Below, piece by piece: positions 26,817-34,721 of a stretch of DNA of 64,000 bases. Position numbers and translations under genes: made by a program. The notes beneath the pieces are model-generated. The model did not search any database, was not told the DNA's origin, and worked only from the letters and a program-made list of their open reading frames with translations. The stretch comes from a virus: the IMG/VR virus record IMGVR_UViG_3300049187_000041; one strand, given 5' to 3'. The first letter of the stretch is position 1; the number at the start of each line of letters is the position of its first letter.

Positions 26817-27834
26817 GCTTGGTCGCGCGGGTACGGTAATGCCGCCGCGTGAGGGCAACGCTGCCGTGCTGCAGTAGGGTCGCAGCCTCCTCGTCCGTCT
26901 CGACCAGATCGCCGGCCATCTTGCGCATGTCGCGCAGGTACATGGCTCGGATGCCGCGGAGAAGCTCGTCATCGTTCGCCAGCCCGGCCTTCACCGCCGC
27001 CCGTTGGCGCGCCTCGTCCCAGCGGTCACGCAGCATGCGCTGCGACACCGGCCGGCCGTCGGGCGTGGACAGCAGCATGAGGTGGTCAGCCCGCAGCGCT
27101 CGGCGCCGCTCGATCAGGTCGGGCAGCACCGCCGACAGGCTCAGGTCGAAGTCGGCCTTCTTGCCGGTCTTGCTCGCCTTCAGGCGCAGCAGGTCGCCGG
27201 CCGGCAGCAGCACCTGGCGGGCGTCGGTCAGGCGCATGCCGGTGGCGCTGCTGATGTCCATGCAGTCGCGCAGCACCTGGTCGCCCTCGGCGTAGACGGC
27301 GGCGAACAACTCGGGCGTGACCTCGAACTCGCGGGGCTGCTCCTCGTTCTTCCAGCGGCTGCGCTCCATGCCGGCAGCCGGCCAGGGCAGGCGGGTCATC
27401 CCCTCCATGCGCGCCCAATTCCAGATGATCGACAGCAGGGACATCTCGCGGTTGCCCTGCGTCTTCGCCGTGCGCGCCCGCAGATAGGCCTTCAGCGCCG
27501 GCAGGTCGATCTGATCCCATGTGGCCTCGCCGAACACCGGTCGCAGCTGGCGCAGGTTCTTCGTGTATCCGCGCTTCGTCTCGGCGCTGGTGTAGCTGGG
27601 CAGCCCGCGCTCTTTGTCGGTCTCCCAGCCGGAAAACGCCTCTTCCAGCGTGCCGGCTATGCGCGGCGCACGGTTGTAAAGCTCGTCCCACTTCTTCAGC
27701 GCCTCGTCGAAGTCGGTGCCCAGCGGCACGTCCGGCTTCCCCTCTGGCCGCATGTCGTAAAAGTAATACGTCACGACGCGCCCGCTCTTGCGCTTGCGCG
27801 AGTGGTGCCGCAGCCGTGGGTGCTGGCCAGTCAT
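26800..27834 (-). CDS. int: Tyrosine integrase 1
   Basis: ATGMRLTD, K, RDMRK, LLQH, TRRHYR; start MTGQHP by ATGA overlap with xis; adjacent to att. Confidence 0.92.
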   Translation of the reverse strand: MTGQHPRLRHHSRKRKSGRVVTYYFYDMRPEGKPDVPLGTDFDEALKKWDELYNRAPRIAGTLEEAFSGWETDKERGLPSYTSAETKRGYTKNLRQLRPVFGEATWDQIDLPALKAYLRARTAKTQGNREMSLLSIIWNWARMEGMTRLPWPAAGMERSRWKNEEQPREFEVTPELFAAVYAEGDQVLRDCMDISSATGMRLTDARQVLLPAGDLLRLKASKTGKKADFDLSLSAVLPDLIERRRALRADHLMLLSTPDGRPVSQRMLRDRWDEARQRAAVKAGLANDDELLRGIRAMYLRDMRKMAGDLVETDEEAATLLQHGSVALTRRHYRTRATKLKPVR

Positions 27835-28055
27835 TTCACCAGGGCGAGGTTGATGCCGCGCGATGGTGCCACGGGCCTGCCGGACAGCCACTCGCGGCAG
27901 TGGAAGCGCGACACCAGCAGGCGGTTGCCTCGGCGCTTGGCCGGCAGGCCCTGGCGCTTCAGCTCGGCCTCCTGGTCGTCAGGCTTCGCGCAGCCGGTCA
28001 GGTCTTTGACCTCGGCCGCCGACAGGAATTCGCTGTCTAAGGTGGCGGTGCTCAT
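27831..28055 (-). CDS. xis: DUF4224-family excisionase-like protein 1
   Basis: FLSAAEVKDLTG..KP..Q...L...G; C-terminal INLALV. Confidence 0.8.
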   Translation of the reverse strand: MSTATLDSEFLSAAEVKDLTGCAKPDDQEAELKRQGLPAKRRGNRLLVSRFHCREWLSGRPVAPSRGINLALVK

Positions 28056-28077
28056 ACGTCAGTTCGAAGGGTGGGAT

Positions 28078-28602
28078 TCAGGCGGCGGCCAGCTGGCGAT
28101 TGACCAGTGCGTCCCACATGCGCAGGTTGGCGAGGCGGGCGATGTCGATGGCGTCTTTCGCGGCGATGGGCTGGGCGTCCTTGCAGGGCTTCGCCATGCG
28201 CTCGACGAAGGGGCCGCGGCCGTCGAGCAGGATCACGCCCGACATCGGCGACGGCAGGAACTCGACCAGCTCGGGCTTCCAGATCTCGCGCGGCATGGCG
28301 AAGTAGTGCTTCCAGACCTTGCGGGGCCAGTCGTCGTGCTCGCGATGGGTCCACCAGTCCAGGCCGCGCGCGCGGGCCTCTTCGACCGGGATCCGGTGCC
28401 ACCACTTGTCCTTCGCGGCGTCGCGCTTGAAGTCGGCGCGGCTGATCTTGATCTCGACATCGATGATGCGCATGGACTTGTGGACGACCAGCAGGTCGCA
28501 CTCGTGGCCGGTCCAGTTGCACTCAGGGACGAGGATCAGCGCCTGCCGCTGGAACGTCTGGTGCATGAGCTGGCGGATCTGAAAGGCAGTCAGCATGTGC
28601 AT
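28078..28602 (-). CDS. MmcB-like PD-(D/E)xK nuclease
   Basis: ECDLLVV...IDVEIKISRADFKRD..KDKW. Confidence 0.75.
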   Translation of the reverse strand: MHMLTAFQIRQLMHQTFQRQALILVPECNWTGHECDLLVVHKSMRIIDVEIKISRADFKRDAAKDKWWHRIPVEEARARGLDWWTHREHDDWPRKVWKHYFAMPREIWKPELVEFLPSPMSGVILLDGRGPFVERMAKPCKDAQPIAAKDAIDIARLANLRMWDALVNRQLAAA

Positions 28603-28619
28603 CTTCCGGGGATCGAAAG

Positions 28620-28985
28620 TTAGGCGGTGGCCATCGGCACATCCCGCCATTCGCATGGGCCGCCACCGTGGAGAGGCGCCCATGACTGCTGCAGCACACG
28701 CACCCTGCGGGCCGTGCCGTCGCCCTGATCCTCCTGGCGCTCCAGGAACCGCAGGTGCTCGGTCGGTCGCATCGGGCGGGCGGACTGTGGTGGCGCGGTC
28801 CAGGACGCCGTCTGCGTCTCGCCGGTGTGCTTGAGCGCGGCTTGCCATGCCTCCCACGCTTCGTGGGTCTCGATGTAGACGAATTGCGGTCCCGCGCCGG
28901 GCGCGCCGGAAAGCGTCTCGTCCAGCGGAAGGCCGCGCTTCTCAGCGTGGACCTCGAAGGCTTCGCGCATCTGGTCGTTGTTCAT
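28620..28985 (-). CDS. Hypothetical phage protein
   Basis: MREAFE...AWEAWQAA motif common in prophage early genes. Confidence 0.6.
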   Translation of the reverse strand: MNNDQMREAFEVHAEKRGLPLDETLSGAPGAGPQFVYIETHEAWEAWQAALKHTGETQTASWTAPPQSARPMRPTEHLRFLERQEDQGDGTARRVRVLQQSWAPLHGGGPCEWRDVPMATA

Positions 28986-29018
28986 GGTGATACTCAGTTC
29001 CAGGGGATGGGAAGCGGC

Positions 29019-29789
29019 TCAGATGCCGCAGTGCAGCGCGCAGGCGCCGCCGTGCTTGGCCTCGCCGTGCTTGCTGTTGAAGAAGGGCTTGCCAAGGTCG
29101 GCCGCGATGCGGATGAACTTCCGGTACTGCTGGCGCCCGAAGTCATCGAACTGGTACGCCTTGGCGCGCGGCGCATCGCCTGACGCCTCGCAGGGGAAGC
29201 AGCCCACGCGATCGAAGCCCGGCTCGCCGTCCCGCTCCAGGTAGAGCGGGTTCAGGTTCTCCAGGCCGACGAAGCGCTTCACCTCGTCCTCTGACCAATC
29301 CAGCACGGCGAGGCGGAAGCGCACGCCCATGGCGCCGAGGTACTGCGGGTACTTCTTCAGCACCTCGTGCGGCTCGTACAGCTCGTCATTGACCATGGCG
29401 GCGTAGCGTTCGGCACGGTCGCGGCTCTCGCCCTCGCGCATGCCGTACCAGACTTCAAAGCCGCCCTGTTCTTCGGCCAGCGCCCTGTAGTACCACTTCG
29501 CCGGCCAGATCTTCAGTTCCTCGGTGCAGAACCGGGCTGTGCCGCTGGGCAGGCGCTCGTGCTTGTAGCACTGCCACTCGACGGACCCGTTGTTCACGCG
29601 GTCGATGCGGACGCCGTACAGCTCGCGCATCTTGTCGATGTGGGCATAGGTCAGCGGGTGCTCGTTGAGCGTGTCGCAGAACAGGCCGCGCACCTGGGAT
29701 GCCGGGTAGTTCTCCAGCGCCAGCTTCAGGCAGGCTTGGCTGTCCTTGCCGCCGCTGACCGGCACGATGATGCGAATTGGGCTGTCCAT
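29019..29789 (-). CDS. Phosphoadenosine phosphosulfate (PAPS) reductase family protein
   Basis: PP-loop VSGGKDSQA, RFCTEELK, GMREGESRDR, RVGCFPC. Confidence 0.88.
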   Translation of the reverse strand: MDSPIRIIVPVSGGKDSQACLKLALENYPASQVRGLFCDTLNEHPLTYAHIDKMRELYGVRIDRVNNGSVEWQCYKHERLPSGTARFCTEELKIWPAKWYYRALAEEQGGFEVWYGMREGESRDRAERYAAMVNDELYEPHEVLKKYPQYLGAMGVRFRLAVLDWSEDEVKRFVGLENLNPLYLERDGEPGFDRVGCFPCEASGDAPRAKAYQFDDFGRQQYRKFIRIAADLGKPFFNSKHGEAKHGGACALHCGI

Positions 29790-29913
29790 ACTCGTCGCTC
29801 AAGTAGCGGAAGGCTCGGCCGCCACGTATTGCGGGTCATTGGCAGCCTGGGTGTCCGCAGGCGCCTGAATGGGCATCGCGGGGAGGGGGCCGATGGGGAA
29901 GAACATGGCGTGG

Positions 29914-30972
29914 TCAGGCCCCAATCTGGCGGCTGTTCGACACAGCCGTCTCACGCCACCGGGCTTTGACGTAGATCTCGGTGGTCGTCTTGTCTTTGTG
30001 CCCGCACAGCAACTGCACGAGCTCGAGCGGTCTGCCTTCGCGGTAGACCAGGTCCGTGGCTCCCTTGCCCTTCAGGTCGTAGAAGCCCCAGGTCGGCATG
30101 CCGGGGATGTCCTTGCGCACCTTGGCTTGCACGCGCCGGAAGATGGCGCACAGGCCGTCGTAGGTGTACGCCTCGCCCTTCAGGGTGTGCAGCCACGGCT
30201 GGCTGATGCTGGGCACCTCGCCCTGCAGCTCGCGGATCACGGCGTCGAGGCCGGCGTCGATCGCGATGTCGACGACCGTGCCGGTCTTGCCCTGGTCGTT
30301 GCGCAGCACGCGCTGGCCGTCCTTGTGGACGATGTTCCACGGGCCCCAGCCGAGGATGTCATCGGGGCGCTGCAACGTGCGGTAGACCAGCGCCATCATG
30401 CCGCGCACCGACTTAGGCGATGCGTCGTAGACGGCCCGGTACCAGGCATCCTCGACGTACACCTCGCGCTTCGTCTCGCGGTTGCGCTTGACGCCGGACT
30501 GCCGCATGCAGGGGTTGACCTTGATGCCGCAGTTCTCGTCGGTGCGGATCAGCCACGACAGGCACGCCGACAGGCAGGCCCGCTCGCGGTTGGCCCGCAC
30601 GGCGCGATTGAGCTCGGCGCCCAGGTCGAGGTAGTCCTGCACCGCCTTGCTCGTCACCTGGGCCGGCGTGAGCTTGCCGAAATACTTCTTCAGCGGCTCG
30701 CTGTCGCGCTTGTAGTCGTCGCGCGTGCGCTCGGCCAGTCCCTTCGCGGCGACGCGCTTGTCGCAGTGCGCGAGGAACAGGTCGAGGTAGTAGGACATCG
30801 TGCCGAAGCTGCTGCCCGGGTCGTTGTAGACCTTGGCCCTGCGCTTGGCTTCCTCGACATCGGTGCCGAGGTGTTCCCACTCGCCGGACTTGTGGACGTA
30901 GTAGAACGCCCCGTGGTGGGCGTAGACCCGGGCCGGCAGGCCGAGCGGGTTGTGCTTGCGTGGGCGGGCCAT
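29914..30972 (-). CDS. int: Tyrosine integrase 2
   Basis: LPARVY.HHGAFYY N-terminal arm-binding domain; QRPDD, K, FYDLKGK, LCGH, TEIY. Confidence 0.92.
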   Translation of the reverse strand: MARPRKHNPLGLPARVYAHHGAFYYVHKSGEWEHLGTDVEEAKRRAKVYNDPGSSFGTMSYYLDLFLAHCDKRVAAKGLAERTRDDYKRDSEPLKKYFGKLTPAQVTSKAVQDYLDLGAELNRAVRANRERACLSACLSWLIRTDENCGIKVNPCMRQSGVKRNRETKREVYVEDAWYRAVYDASPKSVRGMMALVYRTLQRPDDILGWGPWNIVHKDGQRVLRNDQGKTGTVVDIAIDAGLDAVIRELQGEVPSISQPWLHTLKGEAYTYDGLCAIFRRVQAKVRKDIPGMPTWGFYDLKGKGATDLVYREGRPLELVQLLCGHKDKTTTEIYVKARWRETAVSNSRQIGA

Positions 30973-30973
30973 G

Positions 30974-31261
30974 TCAGGCAGCCACGCGCCGGCGGCCCTT
31001 GCTCAGGTGCGCGACCAGCGCCGCGCGATCCGGCTGCGCATCGTTCGACGCTGCCGGGCGCTTCGGGTCGGCCGGCTTCGGGTCGGCCGGCGGCAGGCCG
31101 CCGAGCACCGCCTCGACGTTCGAGCACAGCACCCGCGGCGCGCCGCTGGGCGTCTCGACCACCCGCAGCCCGAGCCCGCGCAGGAACTTGCAACGCCGGG
31201 CCTTCTGCTCGCGGCTGATGCCTTCGCAGAGTTCGTCGAGTTGGGTGTCACTGAGCCACAT
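30974..31261 (-). CDS. xis: DUF4224-family excisionase-like protein 2
   Basis: WLSDTQLDELC.G...FL..LG...G.P.VL; C-terminal PD.AAL. Confidence 0.78.
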   Translation of the reverse strand: MWLSDTQLDELCEGISREQKARRCKFLRGLGLRVVETPSGAPRVLCSNVEAVLGGLPPADPKPADPKRPAASNDAQPDRAALVAHLSKGRRRVAA

Positions 31262-31288
31262 GGTGTGTGCCTGAAAGTTGCTGAAAAG

Positions 31289-31316
31289 ACTTTAGCAGGT
31301 GCTAAGTTTTTGACAA
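31289..31316 (-). promoter_or_regulatory. Leftward promoter with operator in the spacer (xis2/int2)
   Basis: TTGTCA-N16-TAAAGT; TTAGCAGGTGCTAA at 31292-31305. Confidence 0.7.
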
Positions 31317-31622
31317 GTGCTGTTTTGACTCAAGTTCGATCAGCAGGTCGAGAAAGTGGCGGGCCTTCTCCAGATCCTTGATACCGCCCTTGTCGCGCCA
31401 GCGGGTCACGTACTTGATCACGCTGCCCTCGGCGAAGGGGATGCCGTTCGCGTGGATGAACTCGATCGGCTGGATCTTCAATTTCTTGTAGTGGTCGCCC
31501 GCGACCTGCACGGTGAGGGGACTGGTTGGCGCGCCCCCGGCGTCGGCGATCTCGCGCAGCGTCATGGGTCGGCCGCCGTGCACCGGCACGCCGAGCCCGG
31601 CTTCTCGCATTGGGTCGCTCAT
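31302..31622 (-). CDS. DUF3310 family protein
   Basis: QVAGDHYK...QPIEFI...F.EGSVIKYVTRWRDKGG..DLEKA. Confidence 0.9.
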   Translation of the reverse strand: MSDPMREAGLGVPVHGGRPMTLREIADAGGAPTSPLTVQVAGDHYKKLKIQPIEFIHANGIPFAEGSVIKYVTRWRDKGGIKDLEKARHFLDLLIELESKQHLSKT

Positions 31623-33004
31623 TTCTGTCCTTTCGCTTTTAGGTAGTCGAGCAGCGCGTCCTGCACCGCGCGCTTGGAGTCCCGCCGCGCGACGACGACT
31701 TCGTCGACGGTGTCCGCGGCGGCCAGGTAGTGAACGAACACGGGGCGATCAAGCCCGGCCTGCGCCTGGCGCACCGGACCCACGCGCTCGACGAACTGGT
31801 CGTGCTCTTCGCTGTTCCACCACGACGTGAAGAAACACACGATGTTCGTCACCCGCTGCAGGCCGTCCACGCCGTGGCCCAGGCTGGCCGGGTGGGCGAG
31901 CCCGAGCGGCGCGGCGCCGGCCTTGAACCGGGCCATGCCTTCATCGGTTGCGAGGTTCGCCGCGGTGGGGAACGCCTTCGCGATCCGCGCGAGGTCGCTC
32001 TTGAAGTGGTAGGCCACGAGCACCGGCATGCCGGCCGCTTCCTCGACCACCGACTCGAGGGCCTGCAGCTTCGCGTCGTGCACCTCGACGAACTCGCTGC
32101 ACGTCTCGTCGGTGTAGACCGCGCCGCTCGCCATCTGCAGGCACTTCATCGACTTGGCCGCTGCGCTCACGGCCTCGATGTCGTGGCCCTGCAGTTGCGT
32201 GAAAAGCTCGCGCTCGAACTCGCGGTACTGCGCCATCTTGGCCGGCGGCATCTTCACCTTGATCACGTTGCGCACCGGGTCTTTGATGTCGAACCAATCC
32301 TTCGCGTTCAGGCTCAGGCACACGTCGCGGATGCGCTCTTGGATCTCGGCTTGGCTGTGGGCGTGCGGCACGAGCTGCGTGAACCCACTGTCGCCCTTGG
32401 CGACGTTGTAGAACCACCGGCCGGTGAAGCCGCTGAAGGTGCGGCCCAGCCGCTGGCCGGCGTCGACGAAATACATCTGGCCCCACAGGTCCATGATCCC
32501 GTTCGGGCTGGGCGTGCCGGTGAGCAGGACGAGCCGCTTCACGTGCTTGTGCGCGACCTTCGCCAGCGCGCGGGCCCGCTGCGTTCCTTGGCGCAGGCGG
32601 AAGCCCTTCAGCTTCGACGACTCGTCGACCACGACCATCGCGAACGGCCATTTGTCGCCCAGCCGGTCGACGAGCCAGGGCAGCACCTCGAAGTTCACGG
32701 TGTAGATGTCGGCGTCGACGGCCAGGGCGCGGGCTCGTTCCTCGGCGCTGCCGACGACGACCGAGAACCGCAGGTGCGCGAACTGTTTCCAGCGCCGCAG
32801 TTCGTCGGGCCAGGTGTCACGGGCCACGCGCACCGGCGCGACGATCAGCACCTTGATGCGCTCGACCAGCAGGATCGCGACGATCGCCGACAGCGTGGCC
32901 GAGGACTTACCCATGCCCATCGGCACGAACAGCGCGCCGCGCTCGTTGTCGATGACGTGGTCGCGCATGAGCGGCTGGTAGGGGCGCAGCGTCAGGTCAC
33001 GCAT
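31619..33004 (-). CDS. SNF2-family helicase
   Basis: LRPYQ, MGMGKS, VVVDESS, LTGTP, helicase-C motifs. Confidence 0.92.
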   Translation of the reverse strand: MRDLTLRPYQPLMRDHVIDNERGALFVPMGMGKSSATLSAIVAILLVERIKVLIVAPVRVARDTWPDELRRWKQFAHLRFSVVVGSAEERARALAVDADIYTVNFEVLPWLVDRLGDKWPFAMVVVDESSKLKGFRLRQGTQRARALAKVAHKHVKRLVLLTGTPSPNGIMDLWGQMYFVDAGQRLGRTFSGFTGRWFYNVAKGDSGFTQLVPHAHSQAEIQERIRDVCLSLNAKDWFDIKDPVRNVIKVKMPPAKMAQYREFERELFTQLQGHDIEAVSAAAKSMKCLQMASGAVYTDETCSEFVEVHDAKLQALESVVEEAAGMPVLVAYHFKSDLARIAKAFPTAANLATDEGMARFKAGAAPLGLAHPASLGHGVDGLQRVTNIVCFFTSWWNSEEHDQFVERVGPVRQAQAGLDRPVFVHYLAAADTVDEVVVARRDSKRAVQDALLDYLKAKGQK

Positions 33005-33296
33005 CGAGCAGCCTGTCGACGCCTTCGATGCTGTCGATGACGACTACGCGCTGGCCCATCTTGCGCATGCGCTCGTGCTCGCGCAGTTGGTGCGTCTCGG
33101 GCTTGACGCCGGTGGCCTTCAGTTCGACCCAAACCGATTGACCGTAGTCGGCGTGGCCCGCAACGACAAAACCGTACGGCAGCATCACCAGCCGATCCGG
33201 CGCGCCGCGGCGCCCGATCCACTTCACTTTGCGCACCTCACCGCCCAGCGCATTCACGCGCTTGACGAGGTGGGCCTCGATGTCACGTTCTCTCAT
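32997..33296 (-). CDS. VRR-NUC domain nuclease
   Basis: E.DIE..L...GAPDRL...WVELK...Q..EH. Confidence 0.9.
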   Translation of the reverse strand: MRERDIEAHLVKRVNALGGEVRKVKWIGRRGAPDRLVMLPYGFVVAGHADYGQSVWVELKATGVKPETHQLREHERMRKMGQRVVVIDSIEGVDRLLDA

Positions 33297-33625
33297 CGTC
33301 TTCCGTTTCTACGCCCGCCGGCGTTCTGCTCATTCGCCATTGGTTCGCCGTGGTTGGGGTGGATGCAGCTCGTCACCTTGCAGTGGTGTTCCCAAGTGTC
33401 GTTCTTCTCGTCGAACTGCACGCCCGCGAACACCTGCGCGGCGACGCGGTGGGCGAGCACCTTCTTGTGCTTGCCGCCCACGCGCAACGTCAGCCGGCCG
33501 TAGCCGCGCTGGTTGCGGTTGCCCATCCAGATCCAGCACTCGGACGGCTCGCCGTTGATCGTGTGGCCCATGTGCTCGGCCGCGCTGTTCGCGAGCAGGC
33601 GGTCCTGCAGGTCGCGGTACTTCAT
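33293..33625 (-). CDS. HNH (Zn-binding) homing-endonuclease-like protein
   Basis: ECWIW.G..N..GYG...HRVA...HHC...CIHPNH. Confidence 0.8.
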   Translation of the reverse strand: MKYRDLQDRLLANSAAEHMGHTINGEPSECWIWMGNRNQRGYGRLTLRVGGKHKKVLAHRVAAQVFAGVQFDEKNDTWEHHCKVTSCIHPNHGEPMANEQNAGGRRNGRR

Positions 33626-33801
33626 GGCCAGGTGGCCAGCGCGAGGGCCGCCAAGATGGACACGGCGAGGACGCAGGCCCACAAGCGCGTGCCGTCGCTG
33701 CGCGGCCTGTGCGGGCCGCTGACGGGGCTCGCACGCTCGGGCTTGATGCGGGGCGTGTAGGCGCTGCCGATCAGCACCTTGCCGGTGTTGTACGGGGTCA
33801 T
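33622..33801 (-). CDS. Small protein with C-terminal TM helix
   Basis: MTPYNTGKVLIG...; ATGA overlaps. Confidence 0.65.
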   Translation of the reverse strand: MTPYNTGKVLIGSAYTPRIKPERASPVSGPHRPRSDGTRLWACVLAVSILAALALATWP

Positions 33802-33971
33802 GACCACAGCACTCCGACTTGCCGCACGGTGCCGTCGGGGTAGACGACCACGAGGTGCGTGCCGTCGGTCTTCGTCTCCCAGAACTGCAGCCGGCCGGCC
33901 GCGGCGAGTTCGCTGAAGAGCTGCGGGTGGCGGCGCGCGATGCTCAGGACGCTATAGGTGTGGCGGTGCAT
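33798..33971 (-). CDS. 57-aa hypothetical protein (not in ORF track)
   Basis: MHRHTYSVLSIARRHPQLF...VGVLWS; ATGA overlap with next gene. Confidence 0.55.
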   Translation of the reverse strand: MHRHTYSVLSIARRHPQLFSELAAAGRLQFWETKTDGTHLVVVYPDGTVRQVGVLWS

Positions 33972-33975
33972 GGTC

Positions 33976-34170
33976 TTAGGCGGTGCAGATAACGCTGTTG
34001 ATCAACGACCATGCTTGCGAGCGCGAGCCGGCGAGGACGCACAGGAATTTGTCGCGCCCGTAGATCGCAACGGACCCGCCGATGTCGTCCTCGCGGACCT
34101 CGAAGCGCGAGAACTCGCCGGCCTTGGCAGCGGCCTTGATCTCGCGCTTGATGATTTGCTTTGCGTTCAT
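33976..34170 (-). CDS. 64-aa hypothetical protein
   Basis: GGAG RBS; first gene after operator-bearing promoter. Confidence 0.65.
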   Translation of the reverse strand: MNAKQIIKREIKAAAKAGEFSRFEVREDDIGGSVAIYGRDKFLCVLAGSRSQAWSLINSVICTA

Positions 34171-34204
34171 GGTCAGGGTCTCCGGTTGGCGTTGCGATGA
34201 GCAA

Positions 34205-34234
34205 ATATTAGCACCTGCTAAAAGCTTTGAGCAA
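34205..34234 (-). promoter_or_regulatory. Leftward promoter with operator in the spacer
   Basis: TTGCTC-N18-TAATAT; TTAGCACCTGCTAA at 34208-34221. Confidence 0.7.
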
Positions 34235-34245
34235 ATGGAAAACCC

Positions 34246-34506
34246 TTAGTCGCCCATGTGGTGAACGCGCGAGCCGCCGGCCCACGCGCTGGGCGCTTCC
34301 GTCTTCGGCCGCTGGGCGCGCGCCTCGGCGAGCGCCTTCTGGTACTTGGCGATGTGATCGCGCAACTCCGCGTTGCGGGCGTTGGCCTGGTCGCGTTGCC
34401 GGGTCAGCGTGCCGACCTTGCGGCGCAGGTTCTTCAGCTCGTTGGCCTGCTTGCCGTAGGTCTCGCAGATTTCCTGCAGGTGGTGGAGGGCTTTGCTGTC
34501 CTTCAT
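34246..34506 (-). CDS. Coiled-coil hypothetical protein
   Basis: MKDSKALHHL...; ATGA overlap. Confidence 0.6.
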   Translation of the reverse strand: MKDSKALHHLQEICETYGKQANELKNLRRKVGTLTRQRDQANARNAELRDHIAKYQKALAEARAQRPKTEAPSAWAGGSRVHHMGD

Positions 34507-34721
34507 GGCAGAACCTCGAAGTCGTCGGTTATCGGGCAGACGTGCTCGACGCCGGGCTTGCTGCTGAACAGCACCCACCGGCCGCCCTGCTGGCGCCAGC
34601 GCACGTCGGTCGAGCCGCAGCGGTTGCAGCGTGGCATGCGCCCCGGGTACGGGTTGCGCTCGTCGTCCTCGTCGTTCAGGCTGTCCCACGCGTCGGCCTC
34701 GTGGTTGAAGATGTCGCTCAT
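34503..34721 (-). CDS. Small Zn-finger protein
   Basis: CNRC...HVC; ATGA overlap with pol. Confidence 0.65.
   Translation of the reverse strand: MSDIFNHEADAWDSLNDEDDERNPYPGRMPRCNRCGSTDVRWRQQGGRWVLFSSKPGVEHVCPITDDFEVLP

Larger units (their letters stand above)
26695..29913 (-). mobile_element. Integration module (int/xis, MmcB-like, PAPS reductase) between att and phage 2 integrase
   Basis: All genes on minus strand; int points at the tRNA-Leu att core; affiliation uncertain. Confidence 0.6.

Noticed and set aside
29820-29850. tmRNA remnant suggested by AANDPQY resembling the ssrA tag
   Set aside because: No tRNA-like domain or ALAA-stop ending; AAND peptides are common in phage proteins
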